The notes beneath the pieces are model-generated. The model saw nothing but the letters and a program-made list of their open reading frames with translations. It was not told the origin of the DNA and made no database searches. 64,000 bases of DNA from Candidatus Iainarchaeum sp. (GTDB lineage: Archaea > Iainarchaeota > Iainarchaeia > Iainarchaeales > UBA10191). The position numbers and the translations under genes are program-made. The stretch lies in assembly GCA_030649735.1 (NCBI GenBank), contig JAUSFL010000023.1:1-64000 (forward strand). The letters are read 5' to 3'. This document shows positions 46,838 through 56,170 of the stretch, piece by piece. Every line of letters starts with the position of its first letter. Position 1 is the stretch's first letter.

Positions 46838-47539
46838 ATGCCTGCAAAAAAGCCAAGGCTTTCCAATACTAGGAATTTTTTGAAGAAAATGCCGCAGCTT
46901 GCATTTCGCGGAACAACGCTAGACCATATTCCTCAAGAAATACATTATGGAAAAAAGCGCGTTGAGGGAATTCCTCACTTTTTCATTACTACTGAAGACT
47001 TGTTTCATGGAAAGACAAGAAACATTGTGCACAGGCTTTACTCCACTGTTGCAGAGTCAATGAACAGCGCGTTCCATTATTCTGGAGCGAAAATTGGGTT
47101 TGAAAACCATTCTTTGACTGTTTCAAAGCCGTCAAAAACTCCAGTCGTTCTTTTGGTAGTCAATCCAAGGAAAGGCAAGGGAGCTCATGTTGAAAGCTGG
47201 AATTTTCCTGAAGAAAGAAGGGCTTTTTCCACAACTAATATTGCCACTGTGAAAAAAGCTAAAGACAACAGAATCCTTAATGTTACTGAAATTCCGCAGT
47301 TTGGAAAGAACGCGAAAGTCTTGCCCATTGAAATTTCAGAAAAAGACTTTGCCGACGCGAATAAAGCTTGGGAAGCTTACAGGCAGAAAAACATTGAATT
47401 GTTCAGCAAAGGCTATGCTGAAGGCCACAGTGCCATCAATTTTGCCTACAATTTTTTGATAAGGCGTGTGACGCAAAAGGCATTGCCTTTAATCAGGCAG
47501 AATGCAATGTTTGGGCGGGCAGTTAGGAAAAAGCCTTAA
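46838..47539 (+). CDS. Basic orphan protein
   Basis: MPAKKPR start; long ORF; TATA-like TTTATTAA upstream. Confidence 0.65.
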   Translation: MPAKKPRLSNTRNFLKKMPQLAFRGTTLDHIPQEIHYGKKRVEGIPHFFITTEDLFHGKTRNIVHRLYSTVAESMNSAFHYSGAKIGFENHSLTVSKPSKTPVVLLVVNPRKGKGAHVESWNFPEERRAFSTTNIATVKKAKDNRILNVTEIPQFGKNAKVLPIEISEKDFADANKAWEAYRQKNIELFSKGYAEGHSAINFAYNFLIRRVTQKALPLIRQNAMFGRAVRKKP

Positions 47540-47584
47540 ATGCCTTTCACCTTTAATTTAATTGATTGAGTTTTAGTGGTAATT

Positions 47585-49294
47585 ATGGGATTTGAGGATG
47601 TTGCTTACAGGTATGCCATAAAGAATGCCTTTTTGCATGCTGGAAAGGCAGACCTTGCGGCAGTTGTTGGAAAAGTCATTGCGTTAAAAAAAGACCTGGA
47701 TTTTGTCTCTGCAATGCCGCGAATTAAGGAAATTGTCGCGCAAGTGAATGCAATGTCTTTTGAGCAAATCAAGGAAGAGTATGAAAAGTTTTCTGAAACA
47801 GGCTACGAGCTAAAGCCAAAAGACAAGGAAGAAGGCCTTCCACCTTTAGACTGGGCAGAGAAAGGCGAGGAATTGGTTGCAAGAATTGCGCCAAACCCTT
47901 CAAGTGTAATGCACTTGGGGCATGCGAGGCAAGTTATTCCAAACTATTACTATGTTGAAAAATATGGCGGAAAATTCATTTTGCGTTTTGACGACACTGA
48001 CCCTAAAGTGAAAAGGCCAATGCCAATGCAAGAGGCAAAAAAATGCTATCTTGAAGATTTGGAATGGCTTGGAGTGAAGAAAATTTCAACAATATTCTTT
48101 GCATCAGATAGGATTGAAAGATATCACGAGATTATTGGAAAGCTTTTTGAAATGGGAAAAGCATATGTTTGTGACTGCGAGCCTGAAAAATGGCGTGAAC
48201 TAACTAAAAACTCCAAGGCTTGTCCTTGCCGCGAGCTTTCAGTGGAAGACCAGATTGCAAAATGGAAGAAAATGCTTTCCCACGAGTTTAAGGAAGGCCA
48301 AGTTGTTGCAAGAGTTAAGACTGACTTGAATGACAAGGACCCGAGCATTAGGGACTGGTGGCTTGCAAAAATTGTTGACAATCCAGACCACCCAAATCCC
48401 GTAACCAAGGGAGTTCATGTTTGGCCGTCTTATAATTTAGCTTCAGTGGTTGATGACCATGATTTTGGAGTCACTTTAATCATTCGCGGACAAGAGCACG
48501 CGCAAAACGCAACAAAGCAAAAATGGGTTGCTGATTATTTTGGCTGGGTTTACCCGCACACTATCACGACTGGTAGAATAAGGCTTGAAGGCTCTTTAAT
48601 GAGCAAGAGCAAAATCAAGGCGGCAATTGAAGCCGGAGAGCTTTCCGGAGTTGATGATCCAAGGGTTGGAACAATCCAGACTTTGCGCAGGCGTGGGATT
48701 ACTCCAGAGTCTTTGCAGAAAGTAATTTTGAATTTGGGAATTAATCCTAATGATTCAGTAATTAGTGTTGACGCTTTGTATGACGCGAATCGCAAAATCA
48801 TTGATCCAATTTCTGACAGAGTAAGCTTTGTTGAAGATCCAATTCAATTGGACGTGCAGTTTTCTCCAAGGTTTGAGGTTAAAGTTCCAATCCATCCTGA
48901 CTTTCCAGAACGCGGGGAAAAAGTTTTTGCGCTTTCTGAAGGCAGCCAAATTTTCACTGTCTCTAAAAAAGAGCTTGAAAAGCTCAAGGTTGGAGAGACT
49001 TTCCGCTTGAGGAATGCGTACAATGCAAAGCTTGTTGACTTGAAAGACAAGGTGGCTTTTGCGCATTTCACTGGCTTTGAAAAGATCAACAAGATAGTTC
49101 TTGTCTGGCTTTTGCCTGAAGAATTGGTTGATGCTGAAGTGACAATGGATGATGCTGAAAAAGTTGAAGGCGTTGCTGAATCTTTCATTCTGGAAAAGAA
49201 AGCCGGCGACCGCGTGCTTTTGGAAAAGTTTGGCTATTGCATTGTTGACGAATGCTCGAAAAAGCTTGTGAAGCTTTGGTATTCGCACAAATAG
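47585..49294 (+). CDS. gltX: Glutamate--tRNA ligase (archaeal, likely non-discriminating)
   Basis: RIAPNPS..MHLGH, RFDDTDP, WPSYN, IRGQEH, LMSKS, DDPRVGT. Confidence 0.95.
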   Translation: MGFEDVAYRYAIKNAFLHAGKADLAAVVGKVIALKKDLDFVSAMPRIKEIVAQVNAMSFEQIKEEYEKFSETGYELKPKDKEEGLPPLDWAEKGEELVARIAPNPSSVMHLGHARQVIPNYYYVEKYGGKFILRFDDTDPKVKRPMPMQEAKKCYLEDLEWLGVKKISTIFFASDRIERYHEIIGKLFEMGKAYVCDCEPEKWRELTKNSKACPCRELSVEDQIAKWKKMLSHEFKEGQVVARVKTDLNDKDPSIRDWWLAKIVDNPDHPNPVTKGVHVWPSYNLASVVDDHDFGVTLIIRGQEHAQNATKQKWVADYFGWVYPHTITTGRIRLEGSLMSKSKIKAAIEAGELSGVDDPRVGTIQTLRRRGITPESLQKVILNLGINPNDSVISVDALYDANRKIIDPISDRVSFVEDPIQLDVQFSPRFEVKVPIHPDFPERGEKVFALSEGSQIFTVSKKELEKLKVGETFRLRNAYNAKLVDLKDKVAFAHFTGFEKINKIVLVWLLPEELVDAEVTMDDAEKVEGVAESFILEKKAGDRVLLEKFGYCIVDECSKKLVKLWYSHK

Positions 49295-49308
49295 AGTTAG
49301 GCACTACA
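49295..49308 (+). repeat. AGTTAGGCACTACA motif copy 7 (distal)
   Basis: Exact 14-mer immediately after the gltX stop. Confidence 0.85.
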
Positions 49309-49431
49309 TGTTTTGAACTCTTGAAAGGAAAACGCTTTCTTTTTTAAAGATTCCCTCGCAAGAGTATTGTATTAATTTAGTTTTAAGCCAATGAAAAAAG
49401 CCCTATTTGCGGCTTTAAGAGGTGATTTAAA

Positions 49432-49794
49432 ATGGCTAATTTTGGTTTTGAAGTCCCGAAAGAATTGCAGGAAAAGCAACTGCAGTTTTTGGAAAAAATC
49501 CACAAGGGCGGGAAAATAAAAGTCGGAGTCAATGAAACAACCAAAATGGTTGAGCGCGGAACAGCAAAATTAGTCATTGTCGCAAAAGACGTTTCGCCTG
49601 CAGAATTGGTAATGCACTTGCCTTTAATCTGCAAGGAAAAGAACATTCCGTGCACTTTTGTCGACACTAAGAAAGAGCTTGGCGAAAGAGCAGGCATTGG
49701 AGTGGGCACTTCAGCAATTGCTGTTGTTGACGAAGGCGAAGCAAAAAAAGACCTTGAAGACATTGTCAAGAAAGTCAAGGAATTGGCAAAGTAG
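49432..49794 (+). CDS. rpl7ae: 50S ribosomal protein L7Ae
   Basis: GKIKVGVNETTKMVERG.AKLV..A.DVSP. Confidence 0.96.
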   Translation: MANFGFEVPKELQEKQLQFLEKIHKGGKIKVGVNETTKMVERGTAKLVIVAKDVSPAELVMHLPLICKEKNIPCTFVDTKKELGERAGIGVGTSAIAVVDEGEAKKDLEDIVKKVKELAK

Positions 49795-49798
49795 GTGA

Positions 49799-50014
49799 AT
49801 GTTTATGGCAGAGCAGGGAACTCCGGCAGAAATTGTTGAAATTGTAAAAAGAACTGGCGCTAATGGAGAAATCATCCAAGTCCTTTGCAGGATTCTTGAA
49901 GGCGAGGAAAAAGGCCGAATCAAAAGGCGAAACGTTAAGGGAAACTGCAAGGTCGGCGACGTTCTTATTTTGCTAAGCGCTGAAAGAGAAGCCAAGGAAA
50001 TCAGGGCAAGGTAA
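49799..50014 (+). CDS. rps28e: 30S ribosomal protein S28e
   Basis: RTGANGEIIQV...GRIKRRNVKG...EREA. Confidence 0.96.
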   Translation: MFMAEQGTPAEIVEIVKRTGANGEIIQVLCRILEGEEKGRIKRRNVKGNCKVGDVLILLSAEREAKEIRAR

Positions 50015-50028
50015 AAGGGTGTGCTTTA

Positions 50029-50238
50029 ATGAACTGTACTTTTTGCGGTAAAGAAATCCTTAAAGGGACTGGAAAAATTTTCGTGACCAAAGAAGGCAAT
50101 GTCAGCTATTTTTGCGCCCAAAAGTGCGAAAAGAATTCCTTAAAGCTGGGAAGGAAAAAGGAAAAAGTCAAGTGGACTGCGGCCTACCAGAAGGAAAAGA
50201 AAGTAAGGCTTATTGCACTGCACAAGAAAGAAAAGTGA
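50029..50238 (+). CDS. rpl24e: 50S ribosomal protein L24e
   Basis: CTFCGKEI..GTG...FCAQKCEK...KWT. Confidence 0.96.
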   Translation: MNCTFCGKEILKGTGKIFVTKEGNVSYFCAQKCEKNSLKLGRKKEKVKWTAAYQKEKKVRLIALHKKEK

Positions 50239-50246
50239 AATTCTGA

Positions 50247-50738
50247 ATGATTGAAAAAACTCTCGTGCTTTTGAAGCCTGATGCTGTCCAAAGAAGCCTT
50301 GCTGGGGAAATCATTTCACGGTTTGAGAGAGCCGGCTTGAAAATCATTGGAATGAAGCTGGTTCACATTGACAAGGAATTTGCAAGAAAGCATTACACTG
50401 AAGATGTTGCGAAAAGGCGCGGCGAGCAAGTGAGGAACTGGCTTATAGAATATATTACTGAAGGCCCTGTTGTTGCATTGGTTTTGGAAGGCGTTGACGC
50501 AATAGACCATGTGAGGAAATTGACTGGGGTTACAGAGCCTAAAAGCGCTGCTCCTGGAACAATCCGCGGAGATTACGCGCACATGAGCTATGGGCATGCT
50601 GACGAAAAGAAAATTCCCATAAAAAATCTCGTTCATGCCTCGGGAAACAAGGAAGACGCTGAATTTGAAGTTCCATTATGGTTTTCTGAAAGCGAATTGT
50701 TTGATTACAAGACAGTGCATCAGCACTTGACGCAATAA
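50247..50738 (+). CDS. ndk: Nucleoside diphosphate kinase
   Basis: LLKPDAVQR, PGTIRGD, NLVHAS. Confidence 0.96.
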   Translation: MIEKTLVLLKPDAVQRSLAGEIISRFERAGLKIIGMKLVHIDKEFARKHYTEDVAKRRGEQVRNWLIEYITEGPVVALVLEGVDAIDHVRKLTGVTEPKSAAPGTIRGDYAHMSYGHADEKKIPIKNLVHASGNKEDAEFEVPLWFSESELFDYKTVHQHLTQ

Positions 50739-50759
50739 TTTTTCCCGCGTTTTCTAATT

Positions 50760-51212
50760 TTACTGTTTTTCCCAAGGGTAAACTATCCAAGCGCTGGTTT
50801 CTTCCATGAAGTAGTCTGGCTTGTGCATTGAGCCTGGCTTTTTGTGCAGTACTGCGGTCTTGATTGATTTTGGCTTTTGCCTTTTGAGGATTTTTTTTAT
50901 CAATTCCAGGCTTTCTCCGGAGTCTGCGACTTCATCAATGACTAAAACCCTTTTTCCCGTGCAGAGTTTTTTTGGAATGTCCTGCTGGAAAACAAGTTCT
51001 GCCTTTTGGTGCTTTAAGTCCTTGTAGTGGATGCATTTTACAGCGTACAATTCCTTGTTGTCGAGCTCGTGGGAAATTATCAATGCGGGAAAAAGCCCTC
51101 CGCGAATCACTGCAACCAAAATTTGAGGCCTGAATTTTGAATTAATCACTTTCCAGGCCAATTGCCTTGAGAGCGAGTCAGTCGCTTTCCAGTTGTAAAA
51201 TTGCTTTTCCAT
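50760..51212 (-). CDS. Purine phosphoribosyltransferase (Gpt/Hpt-like)
   Basis: VIRGGL, VLVIDEVADSGES, WIVYPWE. Confidence 0.9.
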   Translation of the reverse strand: MEKQFYNWKATDSLSRQLAWKVINSKFRPQILVAVIRGGLFPALIISHELDNKELYAVKCIHYKDLKHQKAELVFQQDIPKKLCTGKRVLVIDEVADSGESLELIKKILKRQKPKSIKTAVLHKKPGSMHKPDYFMEETSAWIVYPWEKQ

Positions 51213-51309
51213 AATTACTTAACTTTTCAGGCTTTTTAAATGATTTCCTTTAAGGCGCCTGGAAAAGGCATTGTTTTATTATGGGTTTTTCCCAAATTCA
51301 ATTTAACTT

Positions 51310-51831
51310 ATGACTATTGAAGAAAAACCAAGGCCCGCGGTTCCTGACTGCAAGAGAATTTCCTGGGATGAATACTTTATGGAAATTGCCCGTGCTTCTG
51401 CAAAGCGCGCTTCCTGCTTCAAAAAGCAGGCCGGCGCAGTGATTGTGAAAAACAAGCAGATTCTTTCAACTGGATTTAATGGCGCTCCGCGCGGAGTCAA
51501 GGACTGCTTTGAAAAAGGCGAGTGCATGCGCCAGAAGGACAATGTTCCTTCAGGAACCCGCTTGGAGTATTGCATGGCAACCCATGCAGAGCAGAATGCA
51601 ATTGTTCAGGCAGCGCGTTCTGGAGTTTCAATAGATAATTCAGCGCTTTACACTACTGTCCAGCCTTGCGTTTTGTGCGCAAAGGTAATCATTAATGCTG
51701 GAATTAAGGAAGTTGTTTTTGAAATTCCCCAAAAAGACTTCAACAAAAAGCAGCCATTGCCTGAGTCAGACTTGCTTGCCGCTTCTCTTTTGGAAGAGGC
51801 CGGCGTCAAGGTAAGGCAGTGGAAAAAGTAA
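51310..51831 (+). CDS. dCMP deaminase
   Basis: SWDEYFM, TGFNGAP, HAEQNAI, PCVLC. Confidence 0.93.
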   Translation: MTIEEKPRPAVPDCKRISWDEYFMEIARASAKRASCFKKQAGAVIVKNKQILSTGFNGAPRGVKDCFEKGECMRQKDNVPSGTRLEYCMATHAEQNAIVQAARSGVSIDNSALYTTVQPCVLCAKVIINAGIKEVVFEIPQKDFNKKQPLPESDLLAASLLEEAGVKVRQWKK

Positions 51832-51845
51832 TCCTGGTTTTTTTT

Positions 51846-52370
51846 ATGCGTGAGCTAGAGCTTGAACGGACTTTTCTCGCAAAATTCCTGCCTGAAGGCC
51901 TTAAGGAATGCAAGCGCAAGGAAATAATTGACGTTTACATTCCAAGATCAAGGGAGCATCCTACTTTGAGGATTCGCAAGAATGGCGAAAGCTTTGAAAT
52001 CACAAAGAAAGAGCCAGTGCAAGGCGATGATGCTTCAAAGCAATTGGAGCAGACAATTCATCTTTCCAAGGAAGAATTCGAGTCTCTTGCAAGGCTTGAT
52101 GGAAAAAAAGTCGCAAAACTCAGGCATTATTACAAGTTTGGCGGAAAAACTTTTGAAATTGACGTTTTTTGCGGCGCGCTTGAAGGACTGGTTTTGGTTG
52201 ACATTGAATTTGATGACGAGAATGAAAAAGACTCTTTTGAAATGCCTGAATTCTGCCTTGCTGACGTGACTTTGGAAAAGTTTGCCGCGGGCGGAATGCT
52301 TTGCGGAAAATCATACAAGGACATAGAGCCAGCATTGAAAAAATACGATTATAAAAAATTGTTTTTGTGA
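51846..52370 (+). CDS. CYTH-domain (triphosphate tunnel) protein
   Basis: ELERTFL, LRIRK, KLRHYY, EIDVF, VDIEF. Confidence 0.88.
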   Translation: MRELELERTFLAKFLPEGLKECKRKEIIDVYIPRSREHPTLRIRKNGESFEITKKEPVQGDDASKQLEQTIHLSKEEFESLARLDGKKVAKLRHYYKFGGKTFEIDVFCGALEGLVLVDIEFDDENEKDSFEMPEFCLADVTLEKFAAGGMLCGKSYKDIEPALKKYDYKKLFL

Positions 52371-52849
52371 TTTCGATGTATGAGCCGAAAAAAGAATTCA
52401 TGCTTGCTGCAATCGAGGCTGCTTTGGGGGCAAAAAATATTGGCGATTATGCGATTGGCGCAGCGGTTGTGAAAGATGGAACGATTATTGCAAAGGCGGG
52501 CACAAGCGTCAAGACTGACCAAAACCCTGTAAACCATGGAGAAATGGTCGCCATTCAAAAGGCGGCGAAATTTTTGGGAAACAGGGTTTTGGAAGGTTGC
52601 GTTCTGTACACTACTCACGAGCCTTGCCCAATGTGTGCTTCAGCCGCTGTTTGGGCCAGAATGGATGGGATTGTTTTTGGGGCAACAATGCAGGACATGT
52701 TTGAGTTTGCTTCAAAAAACAGGGGCAAGGAATTCTCTTGGAGGACTATTTCAATTTCTGCAGGAAAAGTTTTGGAAAAAGGAAACCCAAAGCTTTTTTT
52801 AGTCAAGGAATTCATGCGCAAGGAATGTGTTGAATTGTTCCATTGCTAG
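52367..52849 (+). CDS. Zn-dependent nucleoside/nucleobase deaminase (guanine deaminase/TadA-like)
   Basis: HGE and EPCPMC motifs. Confidence 0.88.
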   Translation: MISMYEPKKEFMLAAIEAALGAKNIGDYAIGAAVVKDGTIIAKAGTSVKTDQNPVNHGEMVAIQKAAKFLGNRVLEGCVLYTTHEPCPMCASAAVWARMDGIVFGATMQDMFEFASKNRGKEFSWRTISISAGKVLEKGNPKLFLVKEFMRKECVELFHC

Positions 52850-52893
52850 ATTTTCCCGAGGTTTTATTAACAAAAAAAGCATGATTGTTCCTT

Positions 52894-53709
52894 ATGGGCC
52901 AGAAAGTTGTTGCAGTTATTGCAGCGCATAATGAGGAAGTTTCAATTCAGGACACTTTGGAAATCCTTAATTCTTTCAGGCAAAAAAGGCTGCTTGATGA
53001 AATTGTGGTTGTGAATGACGGCAGCACTGATAGGACTGCTGAGATTGCAAGGCGTTTTGGCGCTGTTGTTGCAAGCCATTCAAGAAACCAGGGAAAGCGG
53101 GCTTGCTTTATTACTGGCGCTTTCAAAGCAAGGGAGCTTGGCGCTTCCACAATGTTTATGCTTGATGCGGACATCATGGAATTCCCGGAACAAACTTTCA
53201 GGAAAATGGTTTCTTCAGTGACTAGTGAGGGAAAGCTGATGGCAATTGCGCAGCAGTTTGAGGAATCGCCCAGCCCTAAGGAAGTCCTTGACGGCGTTTC
53301 GCATTACAAAGTCAATAACTATCATTCTAATGCCCAAAGGGCTTTTAGCATTAGTGCATTGGAGCCATTGTTTAGGAACAACAAGAAGTGGGTTTCTTTG
53401 CTCACTTCAAAGGCTCATAAGTTCTTGACTCGTACTGAAAAGGCTGCTGGCAGCAAGTGGGGCCTTGAGTTTGCGTTGGACTATTTGATTCCCGCAGGAA
53501 AAGCTGTCTTTCTTCAGGAATTTCCTGTTTGCACTAGGCCTGCTTTCAGGAAGAATTCCAACCATGGAATGGTGCAAGAGCAGGGCAGGGGAATTGTGAA
53601 AATGAAAATGGCTGAAAGGAAGAATGCCGCGAAAAAGCTTTGGAGATTAAGGGCGAGAAAAAAATTTGCCAAAAGCCCAAGGCATGTTGTTTTGAAAAGG
53701 CCGCTTTAG
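52894..53709 (+). CDS. GT2-like glycosyltransferase with basic C-terminal tail
   Basis: VIAAHNEE, VVNDGSTDRT, NQGK, LDAD, WGLE. Confidence 0.8.
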   Translation: MGQKVVAVIAAHNEEVSIQDTLEILNSFRQKRLLDEIVVVNDGSTDRTAEIARRFGAVVASHSRNQGKRACFITGAFKARELGASTMFMLDADIMEFPEQTFRKMVSSVTSEGKLMAIAQQFEESPSPKEVLDGVSHYKVNNYHSNAQRAFSISALEPLFRNNKKWVSLLTSKAHKFLTRTEKAAGSKWGLEFALDYLIPAGKAVFLQEFPVCTRPAFRKNSNHGMVQEQGRGIVKMKMAERKNAAKKLWRLRARKKFAKSPRHVVLKRPL

Positions 53710-55373
53710 ATTTTCAATTCCTTGTCTTGCTCGAAAGAAATGCCTTTCTTTAACGCGATTTCTGCCTTTTGCAGTTCTGTTCCAAGGTACATTGCGTGGC
53801 TTCCTTGCATGCTGATGTCGTTTGAGATTCTGGAGTACAGTTCTTTTGCAGTCTTTCCGCCCCACATTCTTAATGCCTGCGAGCTTTCAGGATGCATTAA
53901 AGTGCATGAAATTTCTTCGCCTTTTAATTCCACGAGAAAGTTTCCTTTCGCATCTCTAAAGTCCTTGCGTGGTTTTCTGTAAAGCTTTAGGGCTGTTTCA
54001 ACCTGCTGGTAGTAGTTGTTGTAGATTTGCGCGCTGCTTGAAATTATTATCAATAATCCGCAAGGCACTTTGATTGCTTCCGCAATTTCTTTCTGGATTG
54101 CGGCCATTCCGTAGGCGTTTTCAGGCCAGCCTTGAACCATGTCATGGCTTCTGAAATAAACTGTTAAATTCAATTTTTCGTCCTGGACCATTGCCTGAAT
54201 CATCACTAAGCAAGGAGAGCTCTTGTGCTTTCTTAAAAGCTCGTCTGCGGGATGCCATGTCACTGCAACAATCGCTTTTGAGTAAGGGTCGCGCTTTAAG
54301 GTTTCAATCATGTCTTTCACTTGATTTATTTCCGCTTTTTCCCCGTTGAATTTCACGTTTTCGAGAATGAATTCTCCCTTTCCGAACTCGAAGTTTTGGA
54401 TTGCGTCATTTTCCAAAAGTTCTTTCAGTTCCTTGCTTGAAGGGCTGTAGTAAGCGCGGAGCTTGTTTCCGTAAGTGTATGCCTTTCCTGCTGGCAGTTC
54501 TGGCGAAAGAATTTCTGACTGGTATGCGCGGATTTTTTCAACAGTCAATGGAATCAGGAATGGATTCAATGACAAGTCCATGTTTTGCGCGTCTTCAATA
54601 ACGCACGCCATGTTGTTTATTTCCTTCACCCAGCGGTCAGTATTCGCGTTCATCAGGTTTTTTCTTCCGTAAGTGTAAATTGCGTGAATCATTTCCAGCC
54701 AGGTTTCAGGAATTGTTTTCCCCTGAACCAGTAAAGGCCCGCCTTCGAAAGGCAGGCTTTCACCCATTTCTTCAAACGCAAAAACCACTGGATTTTCCAA
54801 GAATACCTTTTTCTTTTCCAATGTTTTCAAAAGCTCATTTGCTCTTTCAATTTTTTCATCCAATGATGCATTGGGCATTTCAGAGTTCAAATCTATCAAT
54901 TGCACGTTTTCCGAGACTTTTTGAATCATTCCTGTGGGGATGTTCTTGTCAAAGTAAACCGCGCTTTCAAATCCTGGAATTTTTCTTTCGCCAGTAATTC
55001 CTTGCTTGAAAAACGCGCGGATTGCGTTAGCGCTTGTCACTTGCTGCAGGCCTTGGTTGTTTGGGGAAGCGCAGGCATACTCGTTGCCGAGCATTATCAT
55101 ATAGCGTATTTGCGGGTTTGCAAGTAAATTCCTGACCATTCCCGCAAGCCCTGCTGGAGTGTAAAAGTTTGTCGCGATTGCAAGGTTTTCTTTGGAAAGC
55201 TTTGGCATTATTACATCACGCATTGTCCAGAGGAAAGTGACTGAGACTTGCGCGTCATTAAGTTCTGCGTCTTTTCCGACAGCGAACGAGACCCTGTCTT
55301 TCACAACCACTGGCCAGCCTTTGCCTCCAGTGCTGTCTTTCTGGTTTTTTATTTCATCAATCAATCCAGCCAT
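53706..55373 (-). CDS. Thymidylate synthase (ThyA-type) fused to N-terminal MtrA-like and C-terminal DUF4346 domains
   Basis: YTYGNKLR, SPCL, FRSHD...GWPEN, SAQIY; VRNLLANPQIRY; HAMYLGTELQKAE...FEQD. Confidence 0.85.
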   Translation of the reverse strand: MAGLIDEIKNQKDSTGGKGWPVVVKDRVSFAVGKDAELNDAQVSVTFLWTMRDVIMPKLSKENLAIATNFYTPAGLAGMVRNLLANPQIRYMIMLGNEYACASPNNQGLQQVTSANAIRAFFKQGITGERKIPGFESAVYFDKNIPTGMIQKVSENVQLIDLNSEMPNASLDEKIERANELLKTLEKKKVFLENPVVFAFEEMGESLPFEGGPLLVQGKTIPETWLEMIHAIYTYGRKNLMNANTDRWVKEINNMACVIEDAQNMDLSLNPFLIPLTVEKIRAYQSEILSPELPAGKAYTYGNKLRAYYSPSSKELKELLENDAIQNFEFGKGEFILENVKFNGEKAEINQVKDMIETLKRDPYSKAIVAVTWHPADELLRKHKSSPCLVMIQAMVQDEKLNLTVYFRSHDMVQGWPENAYGMAAIQKEIAEAIKVPCGLLIIISSSAQIYNNYYQQVETALKLYRKPRKDFRDAKGNFLVELKGEEISCTLMHPESSQALRMWGGKTAKELYSRISNDISMQGSHAMYLGTELQKAEIALKKGISFEQDKELKI

Positions 55374-55433
55374 TGCTATTCCCTTTTTTTTAAATAGTCT
55401 GCAAAATGATTAAAACCAGAACGTTGGTTTTGT

Positions 55434-56075
55434 TCAGTTTTTAAAAAGCAAGTCCAGCTCTTTTTGCACTTGAATCCAGACTTCTTCAATGCTTTTGCTT
55501 CCGTCAATGACTTTGATATTGTGGTCTGGAAGCAGTTTTGGAAGTTCCAAGTAATTCTGCCTTGCCTTTTCCAAAAAGCCTGTTTTTTCAAACTTTTCAT
55601 TCTTGAAATTTCCCGTAATTTTTTTCCTTTCATTGTCTATTGCAGAGCGCTGCATTGCAAGTTCTGCAGGGCAGTCAATTAACAGCACTAAATCCGGCTT
55701 TTGCACTTTTGCATGAAGCTTGATGATTTTTTGCAAGTCATTGCCTTGGGCTTTTTGGTAAGCGAAAGTAGAGTACATGAACCTGTCGCAAAGCACTATT
55801 GTTCCCTGCTTCAAGTTTGGCAAAATCAGATTCTGCAAGTGGTCTTGCCTGTCCTTTAAATAAAGCTCGAGGTATTTTTCTGCATTGGCTTCTGGCTCTG
55901 TGTCTTTGGATAGCAATTCTCTAATCATTGTCCCATATTTCCTGTATGTAGGCTCGCGCGTCAAGAGAATGTAATTCTTTTTTGATTTTTTGAAAATGTA
56001 ATTTGCTGCCTTCAAGAACTGCGTGCTTTTTCCGCACCCGTCAATGCCTTCCCAAATTATGAATTTTCCTTGCAT
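55434..56075 (-). CDS. tmk: Thymidylate kinase
   Basis: EGIDGCGKST, TREP, CDRFMYSTFAYQ, PDL. Confidence 0.95.
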   Translation of the reverse strand: MQGKFIIWEGIDGCGKSTQFLKAANYIFKKSKKNYILLTREPTYRKYGTMIRELLSKDTEPEANAEKYLELYLKDRQDHLQNLILPNLKQGTIVLCDRFMYSTFAYQKAQGNDLQKIIKLHAKVQKPDLVLLIDCPAELAMQRSAIDNERKKITGNFKNEKFEKTGFLEKARQNYLELPKLLPDHNIKVIDGSKSIEEVWIQVQKELDLLFKN

Positions 56076-56170
56076 TTCAGATTGAATGAATTTACTGTTT
56101 TAAAAGCCTTTAGTGACATTACTTGTTTTACAAAGATGAATTCAAGCAAAATTTCAGAAAGTGTTTTTTT

